From Oopsacas minuta (Eukaryota; Animalia; Porifera), in assembly GCA_024704765.1 (NCBI GenBank), contig JAKMXF010000011.1, forward strand, positions 1 to 64,000: a DNA stretch of 64,000 bases, given 5' to 3'. Both the position numbers and the translations under genes were made by a program. This document shows, in pieces, positions 1-11,953 of the stretch. Each line of letters begins with the position of its first letter. The first letter of the stretch is position 1. The notes under the pieces are model-generated. The model worked only from the letters and a program-made list of their open reading frames with translations, was not told the origin of the DNA and did not search any database.

Positions 1-1880
1 TCTTAGCTCACCATCCCCGAAGCCTGAAAGTTTAGATCGCGGAAAGATCGAGAGTAAATTATTCTTTCAAGCCTTAGAACAGAGCCTTGATCTTCATAAT
101 GCTGAGGATAGTAAGTTCGGTGTCAAATCATTAGGAGAGCTAAAATGTAAACTTGAAGAATTTGAACTACCTTCTTCTTGGGTTAATTGATTTCAGATGA
201 CACGTCTATTAACTTGCTAAAGCTGTCAAAAAGACAAACATATATATATATATATACCAACATATGTTTCAATTAATGACTCCTTAACACCTACATACAG
301 GCTTCTGTCAAAACATTCAAATTCCTCTCACTATACACAATCTCAGTGATATTCGAGAAATCGATACCATCATCAGCGAGGTTTCTGCATACATTAAGGA
401 CCCTGTTGAAAACTGTATTCGTCAAGCTACTTCCAACATTGAAAGTACGATTTCGAAGATAGGAACTTCGAACGATATGCTAGAGAAATATTCGGAATTG
501 TTACCCCAGTTAAAATTTCCACGGTGCCAGTTTGAGAATACACTAATTCCCAAAAATCGAAGACGGTACAATGTTGTTACAATGGTGCTAGCTTTAAAAT
601 CACATTTGATATCTTCTACCTGCTACAGCTACTTATAGTCTTTGAATTGTTTAATATTTCCCCACCCAACAACTCTACGTAGTCTTTATGGAACTATAGG
701 CTTAGAGTGTGAGTTGGAAACATATCTGAAGGCTTCTACTGCTAATTTCAATAACCAAGAAAGGAATGTTACATTACATATGGATGAAATACATGTCAAA
801 TCAGAGTTTTCTTACACAGGTGGGAGAATATTCGGCTCTTCGACTACACAGAACGAAGCAGCCAATACAGTTCTAGCATTCATGTAATCAAGTGTATGCA
901 AAAAATGATACAGTTATACGACTCCTACCCCTTGCGCAAAATCTTCAGCTGCTCAAATACTTCCTATTTTACATGAAGTGATCAAGGATGTAGAAAGTTT
1001 CAATCTTCAAATTCAAGTTATTTGTACAGATAACTACCCTCTGAATGTGAATCTGTTTAAGTTACTATCCCTTACTTCCAATCTTGAAACCTGTGTTCCT
1101 CACCCATTAGACACTTGTAGACCTCTGTCTTATCTTCGACTTTGTCCACATCATCAAAACAGTAAGAAATAATTAGATAAATCAAATAGATTCTCGTCAC
1201 ACTTTAGCTGTCCTTCATTCGTATCTTGCGAATATACTTTAAAGGTACCATTTCAAGACCTTCAGAATCTCTTTAAACTTGAGCAAAATTCTGTCGCTAA
1301 ACAGCCCACCGATTAACAGCCAAATCTTGCTGGCCATCTAGCCTTGAAACACAGAATGTCAATTTAGCACTTCGCATATTTGACGACTCAACCTCTGCAG
1401 CTTTAACAGTCCATGCTTCTAAATATGGTCAAGTTTCAGAAACAGCTCAGTTCATTAGCCTTATTTGTAAGGCATGGAGGATCTTCAACATTAATAGACC
1501 TAATCAAGACATCCGTCTAAATGACGAGCTTTCTATGCCACTACAGAGTAATGACATTCGGTTTGTATTTCTTTCAGATGTTGTGAAATAGCTTGATAAA
1601 TGGAGAACTTTACCCCAAAAGCACGGAAAACTCACTGCGCAAGCCTTTACCAGTTGTCGCCATTCGTGTATTGTCCTTGAAGGGATAGTCAACCATCTTA
1701 CCAAAAACTGTGGTTTTGCCTATGTTCTTAGTTCTTTTCTTCAAAACAACCCAATTGAACATCACTTTGGGATTTACCGAATAATGAGCGGTGCCCAGTA
1801 CAATGTTACATTTTGCCAAGTTTTGCAAAGTGAGAGACTAATTAAGATTCCTGCAATTCTGAAGTTGTTCTCCTCTAGTA

Positions 1881-3189
1881 CGAAGGGCACTCGAAAAGTT
1901 TTTGACGTTGACCGACATATCAGATGGTAATAATAAAATTGACTATTACATTTTTTCAAAACACTCTCCCCCTGACAATCTATACATTTTTTAATTCTGG
2001 TAAACCAATTATCAAAACATTTTTTCCACTCTTCTTTGGATATGTCTCCGATCGCTTGGAAAAGTACCCCTCTCAACTCGTCATTAGTCGAAAATCTCCT
2101 CCCACGTAATTGATCTTTGAGTCTAGGGAACAACCAGAAGTCGCAAGGCGCTAAATCAGGACTGTAGGGCGGGTGAGGTAATGTTTTGAGTCCAGAATTT
2201 TCCAAAAGCTCACGAGTTCTGATTGCCGTATGCGATGATGCATTATCATGATGAAGAAGAATTCCTCTAATGCCTGTCTTCTCCCGCTGTGACTCAATTG
2301 CTGTGATGACTTTGTGTAGGCACACTATAGTGTACCAGTCGGCAGTAACAGTCTTTCTATCCTCGAGAGCAACAGCTTCGACAAACCCACTAAATCTGAA
2401 AAAATCGCCCACATTTGTTTCCCAACAGATCTAGCCCTCCGCACTTTGGTTGGAGGTGGGGTATTTTCTTCAACCCACTCCTTTGACATTCGCTTTGTTT
2501 CTGGATCATAATGGTATATCCATGTCTCATCACCTGTAAGGATCTCAGAAACAGCTCTTGAACTTCCATTAGCAAACCTTTTGAGCATAATTTTGCAAAA
2601 GTCTATTCGAGATATTTTTGCTGTAAGTTCAAATAATGGGGGATCCATCGGGCACACAACTTCCTGACACAAAGCTCTTTGTGCAAAATGATATTAATTG
2701 TCCCTGATGATAACTCGGTTTCATACTCTAACTGAGCGAACGTAATATGAGGAACTTTAGTAATTAGATCTAGCATTTCGTTAACATTTTCTTCAGTATG
2801 CGAAATATTCGGTCTTCCTGAACGAGAGGCATCTTCAAGAACAAAGTTTCCGTGAATAAATCCCTGTACCATCGTTCAATTGTACTTAGAGAGGGAGATA
2901 GATCCAGAAAATGTTCCTGTAAAGATTCAGAGATTTCCACTCTTGTCTTCTGTGGTTTGAATAAGATCAAAATCATTGCTCGAAAATCACGTTTTGTGAG
3001 ATCTGATTTAGATTGTGATATTTTAGAAGCCATGTACACTAAAATTATCTAATTTATGACAGTAGAAGAGATAAATGAATGAAAGTTTCAAAGTAGAGTA
3101 ATAAAATATGTCTAAAAAGATGGATGCGGAAAATATCCGACAGATTAATTGTTTCATTTCAAACGGCAAAACTTTTCGAGTGCCCCTAA
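1881..3189 (-). mobile_element. mariner (DD34D) transposon, frameshifted
   Basis: Imperfect TIRs cgaagggcactcgaaaagtttt / aaaacttttcgagtgcccctaa, flanked by TA (1879-80, 3190-91). Minus-strand ORF pieces 3039-1774 carry WIPHYL, ILTGDETW, LHHDNASSH and HPPYSPDLAPCDFWLF. Confidence 0.93.
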
Positions 3190-3191
3190 TA

Positions 3192-4524
3192 CAGGGTGTT
3201 TCACAATTGATGTCGTGTTATACAATATTACATAACTAATAGAATACTAGATATATTACTACAATTATTTGCCAATATATCCACCACTAAGTTCAATACA
3301 CTTATGGATTCGTTTTGGCATTCCATCCATCAATTTGTCCAAAACCTCTGGTGAAATATTGGACCATGCTGTTTTCAGTCGATTTTCCAACATTTTTATG
3401 TCTTTATCTCACCTATTGAATCTAGATCATCTTTCAAAATCGACCATATGTTCTCAATGGGACTCAAGTCTGGAGAGTTGGCTGGCCAGGTACCTTTCGC
3501 CAAAAACTATTTAGGTTACTTCTCAACCAATTTTGTGTCATGTTTGCCGTGTGAACTGGAGCGCTATCTTGTTGAAATATCGCACGGGACATATTTTTTA
3601 ACATTTTTCTCTCACAACTGTGCCTCTTTCTCGCTTTCTGTTCATTGTAGACATTAAAGTTCTACCCAGTATCTCACTAACATAGTACTCTGCAGATACA
3701 GTTTGTCCAACGGGAATGAAATGTAACTCCGACAGTGCACGATGTGACATCATACCCCATACTTGAATTTTCTTTGGAAATTTCACCATCTGAACGGGCT
3801 CGACATCCAATGCGTTTCTCGCCCAAACACAATCATTTTTCCTGTTTGGGGGATGATTTAACTCAAACGGTGATTCATCTGTAAATAATATGTTTTTCCA
3901 ATCATTTGCTGTCCAATTGACACGTTCTTTACAAAATTTTAACCTAGCAGCCATGTTTTTCTCTGTTATTAACGGCTGCCGCTGGCGTTTGTAAGATTTT
4001 ACGCCCTTTTCTTTTGTCAAATAACGGTACACTGTACTCTGAGATACGGAATGACCTTTCAACTTTAATTTCTTGGATAGACCACGTACAGACTGTCGTT
4101 TTTTGCCAATTGATTTAGTAATTACAATCTTGGCAACTTTCGATATGGACGATTTACGGCCACGTCCCCCTTTGTTTTCTAATGTCAAATCATTCTTGAA
4201 AAGTCGCCACCAACGCTGAACTGTACGGATATTAACTCCAAGTTTAAGAGACACAAACTTCTGAGAAGAGCCAGCTTGTAGCATGCCAACAGCCTGTGAG
4301 CGAATCATGATACTGTATTCTTTCACCATTATATTATGCAAATAATTAGCCCAATTTGGATATGGAAATAGAAGCTATAAAATGTTTCGATTGATGAATG
4401 AAATAATTACTCAATAGAACCCTGTAAGATTAATTATGATTGCAAGTTTAAATACACAGATATTATTGCATGGGTGCATAATAAACAAATTTAGAAAATA
4501 CGACATCAATTGTGAAACACCCTG
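3192..4524 (-). mobile_element. Tc1-like DD37E transposon, frameshifted
   Basis: Perfect 25-bp TIRs cagggtgtttcacaattgatgtcgt (3192-3216 / 4500-4524) with TA flanks. ORF 4341-3598 (HTH, ILFTDESPF) continues as FQQDSAPVH...WPANSPDLSPIENIW. There are 37 residues between the second D and E after repairing one frameshift. Confidence 0.92.
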
Positions 4525-7500
4525 TACTCCGGGTGAGAGCTCAATCTCATTAAAAGAATTTTAAAAGTCATTTTCAGTCTCTGAAGAATCTAGCGATGAC
4601 AATATAATCGATTCGGACCCCAATAACAGAGTGTTCACTGAAGAGGAGACACCAATCGTACTGAATACTTCTCTCATTCAATCTTTAGCCTTTATTGCCG
4701 GTTATTCTGTTCATTCCATCTTCAAAAGTGTTTTCTATTCTAAGCGCGGTATTACTCACTCTTCTGGCGTAAGAGATACGGAAAAAGCAGTAGTATTTGC
4801 TCTCAGTGTTTGTCAAGTATTGTTGAGGAAGATACTCTCGAATTAGATATAACTGATCCTGTCCATGGTTTAATATGTTCGATCGACAGAGGAGGCCTTA
4901 AGTGGCCTTCAGCTCCAGTACTTGAAGCAGTTGTAATTTTGTGGAAGGTCTACTCCAGGATCGAAATTGATTCTAGTCCCTTCAATCTCTTTATAACAAG
5001 TCCATCTCGGAAGATCTTAGTCCCCTTAACATTAAATGTAATCGAAAGTAATGAAACTGAGTTTTGGGGAAATAAATGCCCTACTTGTGACACAATAGGA
5101 TGGAATATCTTAAAGATTATTTTTTCAGCACCAACTGTATCCTAGCTAAGAAAGTGAAGAATATGAATTCGTCGAAAAGGACATTAACTGAAAGCTCGCA
5201 TAACTCTCGTAAATACCCAAATTCAAATCAAAATAATTATTTTTGGAATAGATTCATATCAGATTCATACACGAGGGCAATGGATCCAGAACATTGCACG
5301 ATTGCAACAATGCTACTTAACATGCCTTTGAGAAGCTGTTCCATAGAGGAGTTTTTCTTGCACGACTAGGATTGCATGTGACATCAGATCTGTACTCACT
5401 GGCGAATATCATCACTGGTCAGCATTAGTCAAAAGGGTCCTACCTTTCCTACAATCGCAGAGATAAAAATTCAATCTGAAGCAAGTAACTCAGAAGACGA
5501 ATTGAATACCTTCCTTCAAAAGGTTTTAGCAAAGTGCCGCAGGAGTGCTCGTCGTTTGTAATTATTTCCTTAGATATATGCGTATCTTTACACAAAATTT
5601 CACAACTGTCAAAGTAAAACTTCTATTTATATGTATGAGTACTGAGTATATGCTACAGGCATACTAATCTGATTTATCATTCTCTGAAGGTTCATGATTT
5701 TTTCTTTACTATTTAGGATCCTAAATAATGGGAAGAGCCTAAAAATCCATTTCATGTGTTTTACTCAGATAATGTTGAATTAGCATTAGAATGGGATGAA
5801 TTTTCTTAACCGGACACAAGATTTGACAAATAAATATGCTGCTAAAATATAAGGCGTATGACCAATTAGGGGAATGAAATTAGGAGCGATATCGTCGAAA
5901 TCTTGTATAACTTGATGCTAGTGAGAGCTGATAAATCTGATAATGGATCATGTGACCCGCGAGGCTCCTGGAGTTCTGAAGCTCCTGATCACCGGCTCCA
6001 TCTGCCATTCGGTAATATTCCCATGGGCATTCCCATAAATAAGGGATAATAAATGTGCGCACATAGACCGAGCTCACTATAATTTTGAAATCTTTGGCTA
6101 GTAAATTCAAAATAGTGCCTAAAGTAGTCCCAAAATGTGTTGATAAAGCAAAATTAATCCGATTTTAGTGCTGAATGACAAATTGTGTGCATTTGCTAGT
6201 GCTTTCAATGTTTTTTAATCTAACATTTCCATATAAAATGTATGTAGCCTTGGTGCAAATGGCAGAAAATGGAAATATATTAGCTAGGAACGCTGTAGGA
6301 TGTGTTAGGACATATCTAGCATGATCATACGGACAAAAAATACTGCAACAAGTGAGATAGCCTCGCCCTGGCAATTTTTGTGGGAAATATCTTCTAGAAT
6401 TTAATCAAGAAGAAACTCTTACTTAGATCAAATGTATTCAAAAAAATTCTGGTTAATGAATAATTCAAAAAACTTAGAAATTCACCCATTTTGCAATTTA
6501 GAAACAAATATTAAATATCAATTATTGACTTTTGACGTAAAAGCCAAAATTTGATGAAGTAAATTCAAATTCAATATAGACAATAATCAAGTGTCAAAAA
6601 TAGCAAAAAATAACTTCGGAACGCGGTACTTTCCTCTGTTTTTGAAAATTGATCTATCAATGAGCCTAGTTTCAGTGACAATTAGCAGCAATATATTTCT
6701 ACTAATATTCTAACACGACAAACTTATATTTTGACAAATTTTCAACCGAATTAAAAAAATACTTCAAATTAGCCTGTTATTAGGGACAATCGACCAAAGG
6801 CCGATTTCATATTGAATATCTCTAGAAAAACATAGCTGAGGCTAGACTTCGTCTTTGCCTTATTTATTAACCGAATATTGACGGGAAATCTGTGAATTTA
6901 TTTCGCCAAGAAGGTGCTAAATCTCGTTATGGTCCTGGGATTTGTTAAAAAGAAGTGGTAAAAATTATTGTTGCTTTCGTTACGAACGTACAATTCGGCA
7001 GGATCGGTTAAATATGAATTGTAAGCCCTCAAACTCGGGTCTTGAAACTTGTGTCCATTAGACAAAATATCATGTTCTATATTTCAAAAGTCTCAAATTT
7101 TTGTCTGAATAAAAATGTATTAAATAATTATTGAATTATATTTAGTCATTCAAGAATATTTTTGTCAAAATGAGTGAAACTTTGTGCTTACTGTTACTAT
7201 AAATACTACAGATGAGATTTTAGAATTCATACTCAATGACCTGATGACACTGTTATACAAAATATTAAAATTGACATGATAAAGTTGGAGGTTACCATGG
7301 ATGGCATACTTCATGAAAATTCAATATAACTCTAAAAGATAAAATATTTGCCAAAGAAGTCAGTCCAATACCTACAATATACCCGACTTCCTTGACCAAA
7401 ACATTTCATTTTGATATGACAATTTCTACACACAAGGACAAAGTTTACGTTATCCCCATTTATGGTCATATTTAAATTACATCGTCAGTATTCGTAAACA

Positions 7501-8116
7501 GATAGGGTTGGCCCTGGGATATCTCCCCCAGAATTAATGCTTCAAGGTTAGCTGAATTGATAATGAATATACTATTAAATTATTTAAAATGGGTATATGA
7601 TCTATGGGCATAATTCCCCCCCACAGAAAACTGTCTCTATCAGACCCTGATGATAGTTAGCGGAGATATCATAAGTAATCAAAGTTATTGAATATCATAA
7701 CAAAATGAATTATTAGGGTATTGGAATTCGGGGATATCCTAGTTATTGGACTGACATATTTCGCGAAAATAAATATTATTATAAATAATAATACATAAAT
7801 ATGTGATCCATTTTACCTCAGGAATTCGCCAACTTTATCATGCCAAATTTGAAAATTTTGTATAAAATTTCATTAGATCATGAATTTTAATTATGAAATC
7901 GTATCTGTAACATTTATCGTTCTAAGGGGTTTCACAGATGGAAACATTTAGACCTAAAATGCTTACTAAGAACAAAATTTTGCATTGTTGGATAGAAGAA
8001 ATAAATTTCGATAATATATAATACTTTTCGGACAAAAAATGCACTTTGAAAATATAGAACATTAAATTTAGTCTAATGGACCCAAGTTTCAAGATTAGAG
8101 TTCTAGTGCGTACAGT

Positions 8117-8516
8117 CAGGGGTGTATTCACAAAGATAAAGTAAGGGAACGCTCGAAAACATTGCCCCCTCCACTAAAATTGGCGCTCTCATGTAGTAAA
8201 TTGGCATCGCCTTTTGACCTAGTTTCAAGACTTGTCTACATTGACATTTTATAAGATCAAGATATTCTCACTAAAAGTATAAAATGCTAAGTAAAAACGT
8301 GATGAAAATAAGCATTTCAACATGTAAACGATACTTATACAAAATTGGAAAATACACATATATATTTCTTGGTAACAACAAAATTGAAATCTAATGTCTA
8401 AACTGAAAATTAAAGTGAATAATTCCAATATTTCCATAAAGAAGCCCCTTCACGTTCCCCATCTAATAGAAAGTAAGGGAAATGCATTTCCCCCCGTTAC
8501 CGTCCAATAACCCCTG
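8117..8516. mobile_element. hAT-type MITE (400 bp, non-coding)
   Basis: Ends caggggtgtattc / ccaataacccctg. The 8-bp flanks cgtacagt vs cctacatt match at 6/8 (decayed TSD). Confidence 0.55.
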
Positions 8517-8603
8517 CCTACATTCAATATTTATAGGAGTATATGATATAAACATAAAGTGGAATTCTTCGTCAAATTATAGTGTCATTTCACCAACTTC
8601 GAT

Positions 8604-9837
8604 TCTATTTGAGGTCAATATACCACCTAAATTTTGAACTGGAAATAAATCAAGGTAGTAATCGGAACTATGATGTACCTCTAGGTGGAATGTTGGGAAA
8701 TTAAATTCATCAGTTGTATTACATACCTCACTAGACTTTTTCAATATATTGAAGATTTCAAGAACATCCCAAAATACCCTTCTAAGAGAATTTTATATCA
8801 CTAACTCAATTTTCCATTATCAAATTTAGAATTAGATTTTCCCTATCTACAAAAAAAGAAAATTGGAAAACAAAAATTTATTCTGCCATTTGTATCATCG
8901 GCATCAATTCTAACAGATTGTAGTTATCAAATCTTGTGAAGTTATGTACAATTGAATCAGTAATAACCATTTTAGTCAGGTAGAATAGCTTCGAAGCATC
9001 AAAGTATTTTAAAAATCTACATTACTGAGGCATCAAAATTTCCTAGGCCCACGTCGTTCAGAAACATCTTCGAACCCAAGTTGAAATTAATTTGCGGTTT
9101 CTGCTATTCGCCGATACATCCCCTGCGTCAACCTTTTCACAATTAGTTAAATCAACTACTAACAACGTAAAATTTCCAGCAATTTGATGAATCTCTTGAC
9201 CATATATTGGGATATTTTTCCCTAGCAACGCAGAAAGGTGGTAGAATTGTAGAAACATTCCATTCTCCAAATTTATCCTACCCCCATCGAGTGACTCCTC
9301 TTTCGACACGGCTAGGCACCTGAGTCTAGTTATGCCCATATCTATAAACTAAGGAAATCTAAATAACCTTTGAACACGAATTTACTAGATCGACCTCCGC
9401 GGTTTCTCATTTTCTTGATATTTCTTACAAAAATTGTTGTATATACAGGATGTCTGTTTTGATAAAATAAGTAGCTAAAATTGATTGGTGTATTCTGGGT
9501 AACTGGCCAAAATAATTTGAAAAAATTTATTTGATTATTCGACATAACCTACATCTTATGATAAATCCTAAAGGATAATTTGTGTTCATGCAGATAACGA
9601 TAATCCATTCTTTGGGAAGTGGGTTGATTGTCTCAAACTATCTCAAGTATCAATTTAGGGCATTAATTGACTCTCAATGAATAGATTATCGTTTCTTCAC
9701 ATCCACACTAGTTATCCACAAGGATTTATCACAAAGGTGTCGGTGTTATCGACTATTAGAGTTATTTCCTTATTCTTATTACATAGCATGACATGGTTCC
9801 AGTTCCAAAGTTTAGTGGTATATTGACCTCAAATAGA
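8604..9837. repeat. 41-bp inverted repeat pair (8604-8644 / 9797-9837) enclosing ~1.15 kb; probable decayed foldback/TIR element
   Basis: tctatttgaggtcaatataccac (23 bp) is identical in inverted orientation and is followed by ~18 bp of near match ending gaactggaa. Confidence 0.5.
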
Positions 9838-10518
9838 CATACTGGGAAATCAATTAAATCCATAAATAGAAACAATGTATCTTGCAATAATTGGAATGTT
9901 AATAATTCAAACTAAGAAAATCCAAGCAATTTGAAATGTATTAGTGAAAATATATATTCGGTAGAATTTTATAAATGAAGAAAATCTCAAATTTGTGACG
10001 TCATAGTTTGATAATCACACATCGCAATTTTGAAATCACACGAATACAAATAATTGATTACTACTCTTACTCGCCAACTTCGATAGAAATCGGAGTAAGT
10101 TGGCGAAATGACTATGATTCGACGATAAACTTCACTTGAGATAGATTAATTGCCTTTAAATAGTATATATATACAGTGGAAACTCCTCAATACTTACACC
10201 AACGGACGGTCAATATTTGTTCGCCTAATCAGCAGTTCGTATTAACAGGAGTAATACAAATTGGATAACCAATGTTAGAACTGCTCTTGTTGTAATATTT
10301 GTATCACGGCTTAAAACAACGATCAATGCTGAGCCATAAAATAAGTATAGTCGGAACAGAATAATAGAAAGACAAAACCAATTAGTAGGAAAAAACATGT
10401 TTCGACCATATTCTATACTTAAATGTTAATAGATGAATACAGTAGGGGATCAATTATATCATCCAACCACACATACTTGGAAAATATATTCGTTATGATG
10501 AAGAACATGTACAACAAA

Positions 10519-11442
10519 TTATACAAATTCGAAAATTTGAACGCCATATCTTTCATTCATAGAAATAACAATTAGTTCCCCTTTAGATGTAAGGAATATT
10601 CCCTTAGGATAAAAAAAATATCCAAATTCATTTCCTTCCCCTCCGATTTTGTAGAGAAGAAATTTTGCTGTGGGGTCAAAAATTTTAATTGAATGATCAA
10701 CTAAATCAGATATGATAATATTTGAATCAGAAGCAATGAGAAAAGAGCTAGGAAATCTAACTTGCATTCCGCAATCAAGTTCGCTACGGGTAAGAATTGA
10801 TTCAATAATCTCTCCATTGAAATTGAAGATATGTACACAGTGTGTACCAAAATTGGTTAATACATACATATGTTCTTTATGAAATGTTATGTCAACAGGA
10901 CTAATTAAGCCTGTAGATTTAATATCTTGTACGAATTCCAAATTTTGTGTAAATATGCAAATTCTGTTATTATTATTATCAGGAACATATAAATTATAGT
11001 TTGGGGCAATGGCTGGTTTTCTTAACACATTATAATCAATGAGAGGGTCGAATCCATTTTTCCCAATTCTTTTAACCATCTGAAGTGAAGAAATTTCATA
11101 TTTAAAAAGAGAATACCCTAGCCATCCCCAATCAGTGACAAATAGGAACTGTTCGTGAAGAACAAGATAGGAGGGTAGGATCAAATCATTATTACCAAAG
11201 GTATGAACAAATTTACCATGAGAATTGAATATTTGTATACGTGAATTAGCTTGGTCGGTAATAAAATATTCCTGAGTTTCTTCACGGTAAGCAATACTAC
11301 GGGCACGTGAAAGCTCACCATTTTCAACGCCGCCAATTCCAAAAGCAAGCACAGCCTTATGATTTTTAGCAAAAATTTGAGGTGATGACTCATCTCGACA
11401 TATTTTGGTAGAATGAGTTAGTGATTTTTCACCACAAGCCAT
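10519..11442 (-). CDS. NHL-repeat six-bladed beta-propeller protein (TRIM71/LIN-41-type NHL domain, stand-alone), ~307 aa
   Basis: Uninterrupted ORF with repeated NHL blades: FGIGGVENGELSRARSIA..FITDQANSRIQIFN, LYVPDNNNNRICIF, IIISDLVDHSIKIFD, GEFGYFFYPKGI-like end blade. The start is placed at ATG 11442 (MACGEK). The upstream extension to 11568 runs into a MITE, and a possible splice acceptor (tttcatatag) ends at 11457. Confidence 0.85.
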   Translation of the reverse strand: MACGEKSLTHSTKICRDESSPQIFAKNHKAVLAFGIGGVENGELSRARSIAYREETQEYFITDQANSRIQIFNSHGKFVHTFGNNDLILPSYLVLHEQFLFVTDWGWLGYSLFKYEISSLQMVKRIGKNGFDPLIDYNVLRKPAIAPNYNLYVPDNNNNRICIFTQNLEFVQDIKSTGLISPVDITFHKEHMYVLTNFGTHCVHIFNFNGEIIESILTRSELDCGMQVRFPSSFLIASDSNIIISDLVDHSIKIFDPTAKFLLYKIGGEGNEFGYFFYPKGIFLTSKGELIVISMNERYGVQIFEFV

Positions 11443-11506
11443 TGAGAAAATATTCGCTATATGAAATTGATAAATAGAAAAAACAAGAATCAACAATTTC
11501 AACATA

Positions 11507-11953
11507 CAGTGGAAGCCGCTTAAACGGGCCAATGATTTGAGAACAGATTTTCTACATAGATAAATCACCGGATAATTGGGACATCGAATCGGTTAATCGA
11601 GATTTTTATCCCGATTAACCGAATATAAACTTTATAATCGCTTAATTGGGATTTCATCCCAAATATACGATTGTATATTTGTTCAGAATTATTGTAACAT
11701 GGTTTGTTTATAAAACTAGGAATTTTAATATTCTACAACCATAACAATACAACACCGATACAATTGCTATTTGAAACTAAGATTATTAACTCTGCTCACT
11801 CCCTATATAATCAGGGTGTAGTAGTAGTGTAATAAGATATTTCTGATTATGATCTGAGACCATGGAAACTACTTTTGAATACTTAAATATAACATCTGTT
11901 AATCGGGACAAAACATTGACTCTCGAGCTGTCCCGATTAAGCAGCTTCCACGG
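11507..11953. mobile_element. pogo/Tigger-like MITE (447 bp)
   Basis: TIRs cagtggaagccgcttaa / ttaagcagcttccacgg with TA on both sides (11505-06, 11954-55) and internal atcccgattaa/ttaatcggga repeats. Confidence 0.7.

Larger units (their letters stand above)
1..5240 (+). pseudogene. P-element/THAP9-like transposase remnant, split by two Tc1/mariner insertions (1881-4524); 5' part runs off the window
   Basis: Fragments VTLHMDEIHVKSEFSY (ORF 642), ICTDNYPLN (ORF 978), FDFVHIIKTVRNN, and FLQNNPIEHHFGIYR (~1735-1780) match P-superfamily D/D/D-x2-H/E motifs. They are colinear with the better-preserved copy at 44387-47236. Removing 1881-4526 restores ILKLFSSSTPGESSISLKEF (cf. ILKLFSKMPVEDRISLKNF). 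Many stops and frameshifts. Confidence 0.88.

Noticed and set aside
1774-1880. C-terminal extension of the 212-aa mariner ORF
   Set aside because: It reads through the TIR into the antisense strand of the P-like host and is not genuine mariner protein.
10519-11568. NHL propeller as a RAG2-like partner of the RAG1-like elements
   Set aside because: The repeats are NHL-type, not Kelch-type, there is no PHD, and the gene lies ~6 kb outside the TIR/TSD boundaries of element A.
11443-11568. N-terminal 42 aa of the 349-aa ORF as a signal peptide
   Set aside because: About half of it is encoded by MITE sequence and the rest by AT/pyrimidine-rich acceptor-like DNA, so it is probably a fortuitous open frame.
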